Assembly (NCBI GenBank): GCA_965218695.1
Contig: OZ244651.1
Location: 2,080,001 to 2,144,000 of the forward strand
DNA length: 64,000 nt
DNA from: Nitrosopumilus sp.
GTDB lineage: Archaea; Thermoproteota; Nitrososphaeria; Nitrososphaerales; Nitrosopumilaceae
Direction: 5' to 3'
Part shown: piece after piece, positions 9,776 through 19,569 of the stretch
Position numbering within the stretch: position 1 is the stretch's first letter
Layout: the number at the start of each line of letters is the position of its first letter
Program-made: the position numbers and the translations under genes
The notes under the pieces: generated by a model
Databases searched by the model: none
Told to the model about the DNA's origin: nothing
What the model saw: the letters and a program-made list of their open reading frames with translations, nothing else

Positions 9776-10714
9776 ATGATGTCCATTGATGTAAGACACC
9801 TCTCAAAGTCGTACGGCTCAGTCAGGGCAGTGGACGACATTACACTTTCAGTCAGACAGGGTCAGGTGTTTGGATTTTTGGGACCCAACGGGGCAGGAAA
9901 GTCAACCTCCATCAAGCTTCTCACTACCCTCATTCCCCCCTCAAGTGGCTCGCTTTCCATACTGGGTGTGGATGCAATAAGGGATCCCCTCAAGGTGCGT
10001 CACAGGATAGGAGTTGTGCTACAACAACCAAGCTACGAGTCGACGCTCTCCGTTGAGAAGGCCCTTGACAAGTACGGAATGATGTGGAACGTGTCAAGGA
10101 GAGAGCGCCGGATCAGGACAGAACAACTGTTGAAGGATTTTGATCTTGTAGCGATCAGAAAGAAACGAAACGAGGATCTCTCCATAGGACAACGGAGAAG
10201 GGTTCAGGTGGCCCGCGAGTTCATGCACGACATGGATCTTCTGTTTCTGGACGAGCCTACTGCCGGACTGGATCCCGGCGCCAGGCGAAACCTGTTGGAC
10301 TACCTAAAGGACAGGGTGCGCGACGGACTTACAATATTCTACACCACACACATACTGACTGAGGCCGAGTATCTCTGTGACGAGATTGCAATAATCGATC
10401 ATGGGAGGATACTTACTGTTGACACTCCTGATGCGCTAAAGAACAGATTTGGCAAGGAGAAGACCATCAAGATCCATCTCTCAAAGAGGATGCCGGAGGT
10501 ATCCCCACTGCTCTCTAGAATACCGGACTGCAGAATTAGTCTTGAGAGTGGGACTGACATCATAATATATTCAGTACAGTCGGAACTGGTGCTGCAGCAG
10601 GTATTGAAGATACTCAGTGACAACCATATTACAGTAGATGATCTCTCGGCGGTTCCGACAAACCTTGAGGAGATATTTCTAAAGATGGTGGGGAAGAATG
10701 CACCCGATAATTAG
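9776..10714 (+). CDS. ABC-2 type exporter ATP-binding subunit
   Basis: GPNGAGKS, LSIGQ, LFLDEPT, TTH. Confidence 0.93.
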   Translation: MMSIDVRHLSKSYGSVRAVDDITLSVRQGQVFGFLGPNGAGKSTSIKLLTTLIPPSSGSLSILGVDAIRDPLKVRHRIGVVLQQPSYESTLSVEKALDKYGMMWNVSRRERRIRTEQLLKDFDLVAIRKKRNEDLSIGQRRRVQVAREFMHDMDLLFLDEPTAGLDPGARRNLLDYLKDRVRDGLTIFYTTHILTEAEYLCDEIAIIDHGRILTVDTPDALKNRFGKEKTIKIHLSKRMPEVSPLLSRIPDCRISLESGTDIIIYSVQSELVLQQVLKILSDNHITVDDLSAVPTNLEEIFLKMVGKNAPDN

Positions 10715-11459
10715 ACTTGTCAACCGAAACCTCACGGTATCCCTCAATCCAGGGTTCTTGATATGGCAGGTCATATTCCCGTTGATCTACATCTTTATTG
10801 CAGGATTTGCCTATGCCCAGCTGATCCCCGAGGTTCAGTTCGGCTCAAAGGGTCTGAGCTATCCGGCGTTTCTGGCATCAGGAATGATCGGGTTTAACAT
10901 CATGAATAGCACGCTCATATCCGGCATACTCATCTGGAACGACAGACGGAACGGGATGTTTGAGCAGATAATGTCCGGACCGTTCACCAGAAGCCACTAC
11001 ATACTTGGCAACATATGCACGATAGGCATAATCGGCCTGATTAGTGCAGCCATGATAGCCTTGGTCGGGTTCCCCGTATTCGTCGGGTCCATAGAGTTCT
11101 CACTGATTACCATCCCACTGATAGTGTTTGGTGCGGTTGCAGGCTCCGTGCTGTTTGGATCGCTGGCATCGATAATCTCTACAAGAATGCGCTCAAGCGA
11201 GGGGTTTAACGTGATAATCAACACCGTCTTTCTGTTCTTTGCGTTTGTCAGCACGGCGTTTTATCCTGCAGAGGGGGTACCCGAGCCGCTGCGTACGGCA
11301 TTCTACCTGAACCCACTGACCTATCTTGTAGACGTGATCAGGGCCGGAATCTTTGGAACCTTTACCGAGTTTGTCATTGTTGAGATTGCAGTTCTTGCTG
11401 GTCTGGCATCTGTGCTGTTCATAGTTGCATCCAGACTCCTCACAAGACTGGACTTTTAA
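10698..11459 (+). CDS. ABC-2 type exporter permease
   Basis: Six TM helices, NPLTYLVD motif, overlaps ATPase gene. Confidence 0.92.
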   Translation: MHPIIRLVNRNLTVSLNPGFLIWQVIFPLIYIFIAGFAYAQLIPEVQFGSKGLSYPAFLASGMIGFNIMNSTLISGILIWNDRRNGMFEQIMSGPFTRSHYILGNICTIGIIGLISAAMIALVGFPVFVGSIEFSLITIPLIVFGAVAGSVLFGSLASIISTRMRSSEGFNVIINTVFLFFAFVSTAFYPAEGVPEPLRTAFYLNPLTYLVDVIRAGIFGTFTEFVIVEIAVLAGLASVLFIVASRLLTRLDF

Positions 11460-11622
11460 TATCCTGCAGGCCTCCGGTACAACCAGTTTGTGCATCAGGT
11501 ACTGTCATGACATCCATGGATGCCAGACCATGTTTTAGAGCAGTGCACCGCCCCGGCATGTCGGTTTTAAGTCATTGAACTTTAGAAGTTTTTGGATGCA
11601 AGGGACTGCAACCTCAGGTGTA

Positions 11623-11695
11623 TAGCCCGGCCCAGATTCGAACTGGGGTCGAGGGCTCCAAAGGCCCCCATGCTTGACCACTACACTACCGGGCT
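11623..11695 (-). tRNA. tRNA-Gln(TTG)
   Basis: AGCCCGG acceptor stem, GGGGC-CTTTGGA-GCCCT anticodon arm, GTTCGAATC T-loop. Confidence 0.95.
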
Positions 11696-11790
11696 GCAAG
11701 ATCGAGCACGTTTGTTCCCTTAATGAACTTTCTATGTGGCGTATTGTCCAGAAAGCAGCACACCCCCTCTCCCGGAAATGCGCAGGATCC

Positions 11791-13082
11791 CAGTTAAGTC
11801 AAATGTGCACCAAATGAACCCGATTAGGCTGGAACCGAAACAGATCTATGAAAGTGCGTTCCAGATGACATATTGCGACCAAACAAACGCCACCTGAAAC
11901 GCAACATTGGACACAATGTTTCCATATATTCACGTATCTACGTGGCCATGCTGGGGGGCCTGTCGTGCATCAGTTTTTCGGACAGGTACAACACCGTCTA
12001 CGATCCCGAAATATTCCACAAGATGATGATAAAGGCGGTGATGACCGGCTCCAACCTGACGTCGGTCGTAACAGCCATCCGGGAGTCGAGGATGGCGACT
12101 TCTGCACGGAACCCCCGCATGCCGACTGCAGAGTGGTTCAGGCAACGCACAAAGAACGTAGAGACTGGTCTCGCGGAAGGATGCATCGGCACGATCATAT
12201 CCGGGCAGGTCGCCTCGATCAGGGCAGCAGGAAGGTTCCCAAAAAGACCCGTCGTGGCAATAGACAAGCACCTCATACCGCGGTACGACAAAAAATGGGA
12301 GAACAAGCTGGTGCGCAGCAAGCGCAAGGGTGGCACGAACGTGTTTGAGACGTACATCACGGCCCAATGCGTCAACGCGGGCTCGCGGCTGAACCTTGCG
12401 GTCCTGAACATGACGCAGCACTCCTTGAATGCAGTTTTCGTGCGTAAAATCATCGAACAAGTCAGGCATGCAGGCGTAAACCCCAGACTGTTCTTGCTTG
12501 ACCGCGAGTTTTACTCCACGGACGTGATCAGGACGCTTGACTCCACGGGAGTGCGGTACCTGATTCCGTGCATCAACACAGGTCCCATCAAGAAGGCTCT
12601 GGCACACCATGCATCCACCGGATCCAAAAAGGTATCCAAGATGAGCATCTCCAACCCCGACAAGATCAGCGCGTCATACTATGGAATCATCGTCCCAAGA
12701 AAGAGAATCAGCAAAAAGAAGAAAGAAAAGAAGGATCTAAAGCCTGAAGAAAAATTCATCATGTTTGCCACGAACGCCCCCTGGCTTGACGTTGAAAAGT
12801 ACGCCATGCGCTGGGGGATAGAGACCGGATACCGGATGATCGAAAATACCCGGATAAAGACCTCGAGCGCCGGCGTGGCCCCCAGGACGATTTACTTTGC
12901 GTACGCGCTGCTCATGTACAACATGTGGGTGTGCGCAAACGTCGAGTTGGCACAATCCCGATGGGACGGCGAGCCAGTCATTGCACAGATCACATTTTTG
13001 GAGACCTTGATGATGGCCATGTTCGAGATCAAACCGGAGCCTGAACCGCCTCCGTAGTTGGGGCGCACATTTGACTTAACTG
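11791..13082 (+). mobile_element. ISH3-like element (1292 bp)
   Basis: IR CAGTTAAGTCAAATGTGC; 5-bp duplication GATCC at 11786-11790 and 13083-13087. Confidence 0.92.
11873..13057 (+). CDS. ISH3/IS4-like DDE transposase
   Basis: VAIDKH, LLDREF, Y-RWGIETGYR motifs. Confidence 0.92.
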   Translation: MRPNKRHLKRNIGHNVSIYSRIYVAMLGGLSCISFSDRYNTVYDPEIFHKMMIKAVMTGSNLTSVVTAIRESRMATSARNPRMPTAEWFRQRTKNVETGLAEGCIGTIISGQVASIRAAGRFPKRPVVAIDKHLIPRYDKKWENKLVRSKRKGGTNVFETYITAQCVNAGSRLNLAVLNMTQHSLNAVFVRKIIEQVRHAGVNPRLFLLDREFYSTDVIRTLDSTGVRYLIPCINTGPIKKALAHHASTGSKKVSKMSISNPDKISASYYGIIVPRKRISKKKKEKKDLKPEEKFIMFATNAPWLDVEKYAMRWGIETGYRMIENTRIKTSSAGVAPRTIYFAYALLMYNMWVCANVELAQSRWDGEPVIAQITFLETLMMAMFEIKPEPEPPP

Positions 13083-13226
13083 GATCCTGGTTTATTCCTT
13101 AATTGTCTGTCTGTACGTCCAAAGAACGCGTATACCCGGGAGCAGAAGTGCTGACCTGCGTACTCAAATCCTGCATTATACGAGTTTGTTCAATAAGTTT
13201 TTTTGTTCTATCATGTTTGTACTTGC

Positions 13227-14366
13227 ATGGGGATAGCCAAGGTAGTGGTGTATGGTCTCAGTACGGAAGGATATGCTATTGCATGTCAGATGGCGATCAG
13301 GGGCGCAAATGTCTGCATAATAGACGAGTCCACCACCTCTGCAATCCAGATCTCAGCAGAGATTGCAAGAACCTATCCTGATGTATCCTCCTTCAAGGAG
13401 GACGAACCCATACTGCCGATGGAACCTATCAATACGGCCATCTCACGTGCACAATACCTCTTCTTTACCCCACTGATCCGGCAGACTGGCCAGGACATCA
13501 GAATCGAGATCAGTTCCAAATTCAAGGATGCAACTACCCCGCTGAAGAGGAACAGTTCGGTGGTATTTTCGCTCCCAACTAGACTTGGTGGCAACAGCGA
13601 AACCATTACACTGCTTGAGCATGTGACGGGCTTTGAGGTGGGAAAGAGCATCTCATACTTTTATTATCCACTGAACGACCAGAGCAGGCAGCCCAGATTT
13701 ATTGGCTCCTTCAACGGAAAGAATGACGAGATTCTGTCCGGCCTGCTTGCAAGCGGCAAGAAGGAGAAAAAGTTTGTCACAATCACATCATCTGAGAACT
13801 TTCATGCAATTGACGTCCTGACAGGATTCTCGAATCTCTGCAGTATTCTGGAGACTTGCAGACACGTACCTGACGAGACCACGAGGAACAACATGGCGTC
13901 TGACGGTTTTGAGGATATGTTTCTAGACGGGATGGTCAGTGGCCTGTTTGATCTCAAGATACTGACCTCGTCCCTTGAGAGGACAAACACGCTGATGTAT
14001 CTGATTAACGGAGGCGTCAAGGGCATTGACGGTTACATTAAGCGATTGACTGATGAGATTCGTGCTATACTAAAGAAGAACGAGATCAAGGCAAGCCGGA
14101 CCAAGGTGGTGCTGTGCTGGGCACTTGACCGGTATGCAATGCGCGGAGACAAGATTGAGATACGTCACATGCTGGCATCCCGACTCAGGGACTATATAGG
14201 CGATGTTGAGATGCATGGAGAACATGACTTTGACATGTACCACACAGACAAGACCACCATCTTTGTAGTGTGTACCAAGTCTGATCTTGAAAACACCCGC
14301 AAGATCGGAGGTGACTTGGCCCTGATGATTGTAAAGGCCAATCCGATGTGCGATGTAATTCAATAA
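13227..14366 (+). CDS. Degenerate nucleotide-sugar dehydrogenase-like protein
   Basis: N-terminal Rossmann-like VVVYGLSTEG; overall UDP-glucose dehydrogenase-like layout without recognisable catalytic motifs. Confidence 0.55.
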   Translation: MGIAKVVVYGLSTEGYAIACQMAIRGANVCIIDESTTSAIQISAEIARTYPDVSSFKEDEPILPMEPINTAISRAQYLFFTPLIRQTGQDIRIEISSKFKDATTPLKRNSSVVFSLPTRLGGNSETITLLEHVTGFEVGKSISYFYYPLNDQSRQPRFIGSFNGKNDEILSGLLASGKKEKKFVTITSSENFHAIDVLTGFSNLCSILETCRHVPDETTRNNMASDGFEDMFLDGMVSGLFDLKILTSSLERTNTLMYLINGGVKGIDGYIKRLTDEIRAILKKNEIKASRTKVVLCWALDRYAMRGDKIEIRHMLASRLRDYIGDVEMHGEHDFDMYHTDKTTIFVVCTKSDLENTRKIGGDLALMIVKANPMCDVIQ

Positions 14367-14397
14367 GCGTATAAATTAGATTGGTCGGCATTCTGAA

Positions 14398-14979
14398 TTG
14401 ATATTGTCCAAAACCAATCCAGACGAAATTCCCGCAGACGAGCCACCCGGGGAGCCATTTGACGAGCCACCCGGGGAGCCATTTGACGAGCCACCCGGGG
14501 AGCCATTTGAGAATGTGGCAGAGCCTGAACCCGATATGCTGGATCGGGAGAGAGCCAAAACTGCCGAGTATGAGGAGAAGCTGAAGCGGGCACTTGCAGA
14601 CTATGAGAACCTGTCCAGAAAGATGCAGTCTGACATAGAGGGCGGCATTCGTGCAAAGATAGACGAGTTCGTACTGGATCTTCTCAAGATACATGACGAC
14701 TTTGTCAGGGCCATCACCGTCTTTGCAGAAAACGGGGTCAAGACAGACGGTCTTGACTCCATCCTGAAAAACATGGACTCGATGCTCAAAAAGTACGACG
14801 TATCTCCGATCGATGCACTCGGGGAGATCTTTGATCCAAATCTTCACGAGGCAGTGTCCGTGGTGGATGATCCCGATCTGGATGATGGCACCATCGTCAG
14901 AGAGATTCGGAAAGGATATATTTCTCACAACTTAGCAGTAAGACCGTCGCTAGTGGAAATTTCAAAAAGGAGTGTGTAA
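14398..14979 (+). CDS. grpE: Nucleotide exchange factor GrpE
   Basis: [25 protein letters not shown]; upstream of dnaK. Confidence 0.95.
   Translation: MILSKTNPDEIPADEPPGEPFDEPPGEPFDEPPGEPFENVAEPEPDMLDRERAKTAEYEEKLKRALADYENLSRKMQSDIEGGIRAKIDEFVLDLLKIHDDFVRAITVFAENGVKTDGLDSILKNMDSMLKKYDVSPIDALGEIFDPNLHEAVSVVDDPDLDDGTIVREIRKGYISHNLAVRPSLVEISKRSV
14437..14508 (+). repeat. 3 x 24-bp coding tandem repeat (DEPPGEPF)
   Basis: GACGAGCCACCCGGGGAGCCATTT, three exact copies. Confidence 0.95.
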
Positions 14980-14980
14980 A

Positions 14981-16906
14981 ATGGCTAAAATAATCGGTAT
15001 TGATCTAGGAACCAGTAACTCTGCTGCTTCTGTTGTAATGGGTGGAAAACCCACAATCATACCTGCAGCCGAGGGTGTGACTGTCGGAGGAAAGGCATTT
15101 CCATCCGTTGTGGCGTTTTCCAAGACCGGCGATCTGCTGATAGGAGAGCCTGCAAGAAGACAGGCTGTGACAAACCCGGACTCCACCATAGTTGCAGCCA
15201 AGAGAAAGATGGGGTCTGATCACACGTTTCGGATTCTGGACAAAGAGTACAAACCCCAACAGATCTCCGCATTCATTCTGCAAAAGATAAAAAAAGACGC
15301 CGAGGCGTTCATCGGGGAACCAGTAGAGAAGGCTGTGATTACAGTTCCTGCGTACTTTGATGACAACCAGCGCCAAGCAACCAAGGATGCCGGAACGATT
15401 GCCGGCCTTGACGTAGTCCGGATTATTAATGAGCCGACTGCAGCATCCCTGGCCTTTGGACTGGACAAGGCAGAGGAGGACATGAAGATTCTTGTGTTTG
15501 ACTTTGGAGGGGGCACGCTAGATGTTACTGTAATGGAGATGGGCGGCGGTGTCTTTGAGGTGATGAGCACGTCCGGGGATACCCAGCTTGGTGGCACCGA
15601 CATGGATCAGTCCATAATTAATTACATTGTAGACGAGTTCAAAAAGAAGGAGGGCATTGATCTGTCTCCAGACACGACTGCAATGACCCGAATCCGGGAG
15701 GCTTCTGAGAAGGCCAAGATTGAACTGTCGACTGTAATGGAAACTGACATCAACCTGCCGTTCATCTCACACGACCCCTCATCAGGGGCCAAGAACCTTG
15801 AACTGAGGGTTACTCGGGCCAAGCTTGATGATCTCATCTCCCCAATTGTAGAGCGGTGCAAGCCGTCGATACTCAAGGCGCTTGAAGATGCAAAACTTAC
15901 CGCCTCTGACATAAACAAGATTGTCATGGTAGGCGGCCCCACAAGAATGCCTATAGTAAGGCGGTTTGTCAGCGATGTAATCGGAAAGGATGCAGAATCA
16001 GGCGTTGACCCAATGGAGGCAGTAGCAATGGGCGCTGCAATCCAGGCAGGAATAATCGCAGGCGACGTTACCAGCGATATAGTCCTTCTTGATGTTACCC
16101 CTTTGACACTGGGAATTGAAACCCTTGGGGGAGTCAGGGAGCCACTAATTGAGAGAAACACCACCATTCCAACATCCAAAAGCAAGGTGTTTACCACTGC
16201 AGCAGACAACCAGACAGCCGTGACCATCCATGTGGTTCAGGGCGAACGCCCAATGGCAACTGATAACGTTTCGCTGGGAAGCTTCAACCTGACTGATCTT
16301 CCACCAGCTCCAAGGGGAGTACCGCAGATTGAAGTCAAGTTTGATATCGACGCAAACGGAATAATCAACGTCACTGCAAAGGATCTTGGAACGCAAAAGG
16401 AGGCCAAGATCACCATTGAGTCTTCCTCAAAACTCTCCAAGGATGATATTGAGAAGCTAAAGAAGGATGCAGAGAAGTTCTCCGAGGAGGACAAGAAGAA
16501 GAAAGAGAGCATTGATCTCAAAAATGAGGCGGAGAGCTACATCTACACCACTGAGAAGCTGATCAACCACGATCTCAAGGACAAGATTACCCAGGAACAG
16601 GGAATTAAGATTACTGATGCTGTCAGAGAGGTCAAGGAGGCCCTGAACAAGGATGCCTCGGAACTAAAGCCCAAACTTGATGCATTGCAGGCACTTGTTA
16701 CCGAAGTGACAGTAGAACTTTACAAGAATGCAGCCCCTCCAGGTGGCGGGGAGGGGGCAGGTCCCGGAGACCAGGGCACATCAGGACCAAACCCTGAGGA
16801 CTTTGGCACGTCAGAACCAAACTCTGGAGACCAAGGCACGTCAGAACCAAACTCTGGAGACCAAAATACCGGAGACTCGCATGAATCTGACACTACAAAA
16901 TCCTAA
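14981..16906 (+). CDS. dnaK: Chaperone DnaK
   Basis: [28 protein letters not shown]. Confidence 0.98.
   Translation: MAKIIGIDLGTSNSAASVVMGGKPTIIPAAEGVTVGGKAFPSVVAFSKTGDLLIGEPARRQAVTNPDSTIVAAKRKMGSDHTFRILDKEYKPQQISAFILQKIKKDAEAFIGEPVEKAVITVPAYFDDNQRQATKDAGTIAGLDVVRIINEPTAASLAFGLDKAEEDMKILVFDFGGGTLDVTVMEMGGGVFEVMSTSGDTQLGGTDMDQSIINYIVDEFKKKEGIDLSPDTTAMTRIREASEKAKIELSTVMETDINLPFISHDPSSGAKNLELRVTRAKLDDLISPIVERCKPSILKALEDAKLTASDINKIVMVGGPTRMPIVRRFVSDVIGKDAESGVDPMEAVAMGAAIQAGIIAGDVTSDIVLLDVTPLTLGIETLGGVREPLIERNTTIPTSKSKVFTTAADNQTAVTIHVVQGERPMATDNVSLGSFNLTDLPPAPRGVPQIEVKFDIDANGIINVTAKDLGTQKEAKITIESSSKLSKDDIEKLKKDAEKFSEEDKKKKESIDLKNEAESYIYTTEKLINHDLKDKITQEQGIKITDAVREVKEALNKDASELKPKLDALQALVTEVTVELYKNAAPPGGGEGAGPGDQGTSGPNPEDFGTSEPNSGDQGTSEPNSGDQNTGDSHESDTTKS
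16805..16864 (+). repeat. 2 x 30-bp coding repeat in DnaK tail, plus a degenerate upstream copy
   Basis: GGCACGTCAGAACCAAACTCTGGAGACCAA twice. Confidence 0.9.
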
Positions 16907-16952
16907 ACTGCAAAACTCTAAAATTTATACTGAATTACTAAAATGATGAGTC

Positions 16953-18032
16953 ATGGCTGCAAAACGCGATTACTATGAGGTTCTGGGGATCTCAAAGGAA
17001 ACCACCCCAGACGAGATTAAAAAACAGTACAGAAAACTCGCATTAAAGTTTCATCCGGATCGCAACAAATCCTCGGAGGCAGTAGAACACTTCAAGGAGA
17101 TCTCCGAGGCATACGCAGTCCTGTCTGATGCCGAAAAGAGGCAGATTTATGATCAACACGGTCACGCAGGAGTGGACGGACGATACAGCAGCGAGGATAT
17201 CTTCCAGGGTGCACGCGGCAACTTTAGTGATGTCTTTGGCAGCAGCGGTGGTGGGTTCAATTCCATCTTCGAGTCCCTCTTTGGAGGCGGCCGATCCGGT
17301 TTTGGTAGGCACAAGGGATCGGATCTCCTCTACGAGACCTCAGTTACATTAGAGGATGTCCTTAATGGCAAGGAGGTCAGGATTGATCTGCAAAAGCAGA
17401 TTCAGTGTGGCAGCTGCAAGGGTTCTGGATGCAAACCTGGTACTTCCAGAAAGCAGTGTGTGAGTTGTGGCGGCCACGGACAGGTGCGCCAGACCCGCAA
17501 CGTCGGGTTTGCCTCGTTTGTCACAGCCATGCCATGTAACACATGCAGGGGCAGGGGCTCGATAATCCAGACCCCATGCAGCCAGTGCAAGGGACAGGGA
17601 AAGAGCCGCGGCAAAAAAGAGGTCAAGTTTACAATTCCCCCCGGAATCGAATCCGGCGATTACAACGTGTCCGGAGAGGGAGACGAGATTCCCGACGGTC
17701 CCAACGGCGATCTGATAGTCCGGATCCGGGTACAGCCGCACCCCCACTTTAAGCGCGACGGCAGAGAGATCTATTACGATCAGGATGTCTCGATGGTTGA
17801 TTCAGCACTCGGGTGCGAGATAATAGTCCCAACATTGCAAGGCACCGAGAGGATCAAGGTCGACTCGGGCAGTCAACCAAACACCATAATCAGGTTGCGG
17901 GGCAAGGGCGTGCCGCACATAGGATCCAGAGGAAGAGGGGATCAACACGTCCGTATCGTGGTAAACATACCCAAAAAACTCAACAAACACCAGAAGAATC
18001 TTCTGCGCGAGTTCAAGCAGACCGGTGATTGA
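16953..18032 (+). CDS. dnaJ: Chaperone DnaJ
   Basis: HPD J-domain, four CxxCxGxG motifs. Confidence 0.97.
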   Translation: MAAKRDYYEVLGISKETTPDEIKKQYRKLALKFHPDRNKSSEAVEHFKEISEAYAVLSDAEKRQIYDQHGHAGVDGRYSSEDIFQGARGNFSDVFGSSGGGFNSIFESLFGGGRSGFGRHKGSDLLYETSVTLEDVLNGKEVRIDLQKQIQCGSCKGSGCKPGTSRKQCVSCGGHGQVRQTRNVGFASFVTAMPCNTCRGRGSIIQTPCSQCKGQGKSRGKKEVKFTIPPGIESGDYNVSGEGDEIPDGPNGDLIVRIRVQPHPHFKRDGREIYYDQDVSMVDSALGCEIIVPTLQGTERIKVDSGSQPNTIIRLRGKGVPHIGSRGRGDQHVRIVVNIPKKLNKHQKNLLREFKQTGD

Positions 18033-18039
18033 TGGGTAA

Positions 18040-18585
18040 ATGAGGATTGCACTGGATTTAGACGGCGTGCTTGCCGACGTGATACTGCCGTGGATAGCCT
18101 ACAACAACACAATCAGACTCCCAATAACAAAACACGACATAACTGACTGGATGTTCTGGAAGAGACTGAAGATTAAACCCGAGCAGTTTTATGCAGAGCT
18201 TGGAATGTGCTGGAAGGACTGGAGATCTATCCCTGTAACCGAGGAAGGCCTGTCAGATACTACAAGGCGCCTCTCCGAACTGGGGCAGGTGGATATTGTC
18301 ACTGCACGGGAGCCATTCACCGACTCTTTTGTGAGGGAATGGCTGGCCCATCACAGGATAGCGTATGACGGGTACGTATCTGTGGCTACGGGGACGATGA
18401 AGGCTGGTCTGAATTATGATGTCTTCATTGACGACTCTCCTCTGAATGCACAGGAGTTCGTCCGGCGCGGCAGATCCGTCATACTGTATGCCCAGCCGTG
18501 GAACAGCCACATCCAGGAAGGGATCCCCCGGGTTGCAGACCTGAAAGAGGCTGTCCGGAGAGTCAGTCTTTTGAAAACTTCCTGA
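18040..18585 (+). CDS. 5'(3')-deoxyribonucleotidase-like HAD hydrolase
   Basis: DLDGVLAD, VTAR, FIDDSP, PWN. Confidence 0.8.
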   Translation: MRIALDLDGVLADVILPWIAYNNTIRLPITKHDITDWMFWKRLKIKPEQFYAELGMCWKDWRSIPVTEEGLSDTTRRLSELGQVDIVTAREPFTDSFVREWLAHHRIAYDGYVSVATGTMKAGLNYDVFIDDSPLNAQEFVRRGRSVILYAQPWNSHIQEGIPRVADLKEAVRRVSLLKTS

Positions 18586-18727
18586 TGTTTATCCTGTGGC
18601 CTTCCCTGACGTGTATGGAGTGAGACGCCTTTAACACTTCCCCAATCTTGTCATCATTGTAAAACTTGATGTTGTAGCGTCCCAATATCTTCTTGCAGCT
18701 GGTGCAGTAGATCTCCCTGAACTCCAT
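18563..18727 (-). CDS. 54-aa putative zinc-binding protein
   Basis: MEFREIYCTSCKKILGRYNIKFYNDDKIGEVLKASHSIHVREGHRINIRKFSKD; CxxC plus His cluster; TTTATTA upstream. Confidence 0.7.
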   Translation of the reverse strand: MEFREIYCTSCKKILGRYNIKFYNDDKIGEVLKASHSIHVREGHRINIRKFSKD

Positions 18728-18790
18728 CTGCCATCCTGACGCGTCTGTCGTATAATAAAGAACTTATTCAGGATATCAGAAAACCATGTT

Positions 18791-18878
18791 GCGGGAGTCG
18801 CCCAGCCTGGTCAACGGCGTAAGGTTCAGGTCCTTATCTCTCAGGAGTTCGTGGGTTCAAATCCCATCTCCCGCACCA
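18791..18878 (+). tRNA. tRNA-Leu(CAG), CCA encoded
   Basis: GCGGGAG acceptor, TAAGG-TTCAGGT-CCTTA anticodon arm, long variable arm, GGTTCAAATCC. Confidence 0.95.
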
Positions 18879-18928
18879 TTTCATGCATCACTTCTAGATT
18901 CATATAGTTTCAAACTGAATGAGATCTG

Positions 18929-19108
18929 TTGGAGACGCATCGAAAACTTATGGTACTTGGAGCCGTCCTGCTGGCCGGAACCCTGATACTGAACCATTAC
19001 GACTATGAGATTCCCGGAATACAGGTCAGCTATGCGTATGTGACCGGATTTGGGATGCTTGCGTGTTTTGCAGGCAGCCTGGTCATGTTTACAAAAGATA
19101 AGATATGA
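18929..19108 (+). CDS. 59-aa two-TM membrane protein
   Basis: TTG start; METHRKLMVLGAVLLAGTLILNHYDYEIPGIQVSYAYVTGFGMLACFAGSLVMFTKDKI; fills the intergenic gap. Confidence 0.65.
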   Translation: METHRKLMVLGAVLLAGTLILNHYDYEIPGIQVSYAYVTGFGMLACFAGSLVMFTKDKI

Positions 19109-19198
19109 CACAAAGATCCTTGTGCATGTACTCCCATGAATGGAGCAAGACTGCAGTGCTTGAGTGAAGGTTATAAGCAATTACTTGATCTTGCGATC

Positions 19199-19564
19199 AT
19201 GCCAGACAATGAGATCGCGGTTCCCAAGGAGATAAGGGAGTTTATGCCTGAAGGCGCAGAGGAGACCGTCTTGGGCCAGAAGAACGGAGCACGTAGGCAG
19301 TACCGGTACGGCAACCTGCACATAAGAGAGTATGATGACAAGTTTCTGGTTCACACCGACAGGGTTGATCCCAGGATAGATCCCATTGGACATCTGGTGA
19401 CTGATGCCCCGGAGGTTCTGGCAGGTCTGGCATGTGCAATATTTTCCGGTTCCCTGACTGCGGGAAGCAGGAAGCCGTCCCTTGCCTCAAGACTGGCACT
19501 GTCTGCTGTTTCGGGGTATCTGGGATATGTTGCAGCCAAAAAAATCAAGGATCGCATGGGGTAG
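19199..19564 (+). CDS. Hypothetical protein with C-terminal hydrophobic segment
   Basis: ETVLGQK-GA-QYR-GNLHIREY...H-D-VDP-DP-GHL-DAPE; TTATAA upstream. Confidence 0.75.
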   Translation: MPDNEIAVPKEIREFMPEGAEETVLGQKNGARRQYRYGNLHIREYDDKFLVHTDRVDPRIDPIGHLVTDAPEVLAGLACAIFSGSLTAGSRKPSLASRLALSAVSGYLGYVAAKKIKDRMG

Positions 19565-19569
19565 ATGCC

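Noticed and set aside
11623-11790. tRNA-anchored integrative island (also considered at tRNA-Leu)
   Set aside because: No integrase and no duplicated tRNA 3' end found
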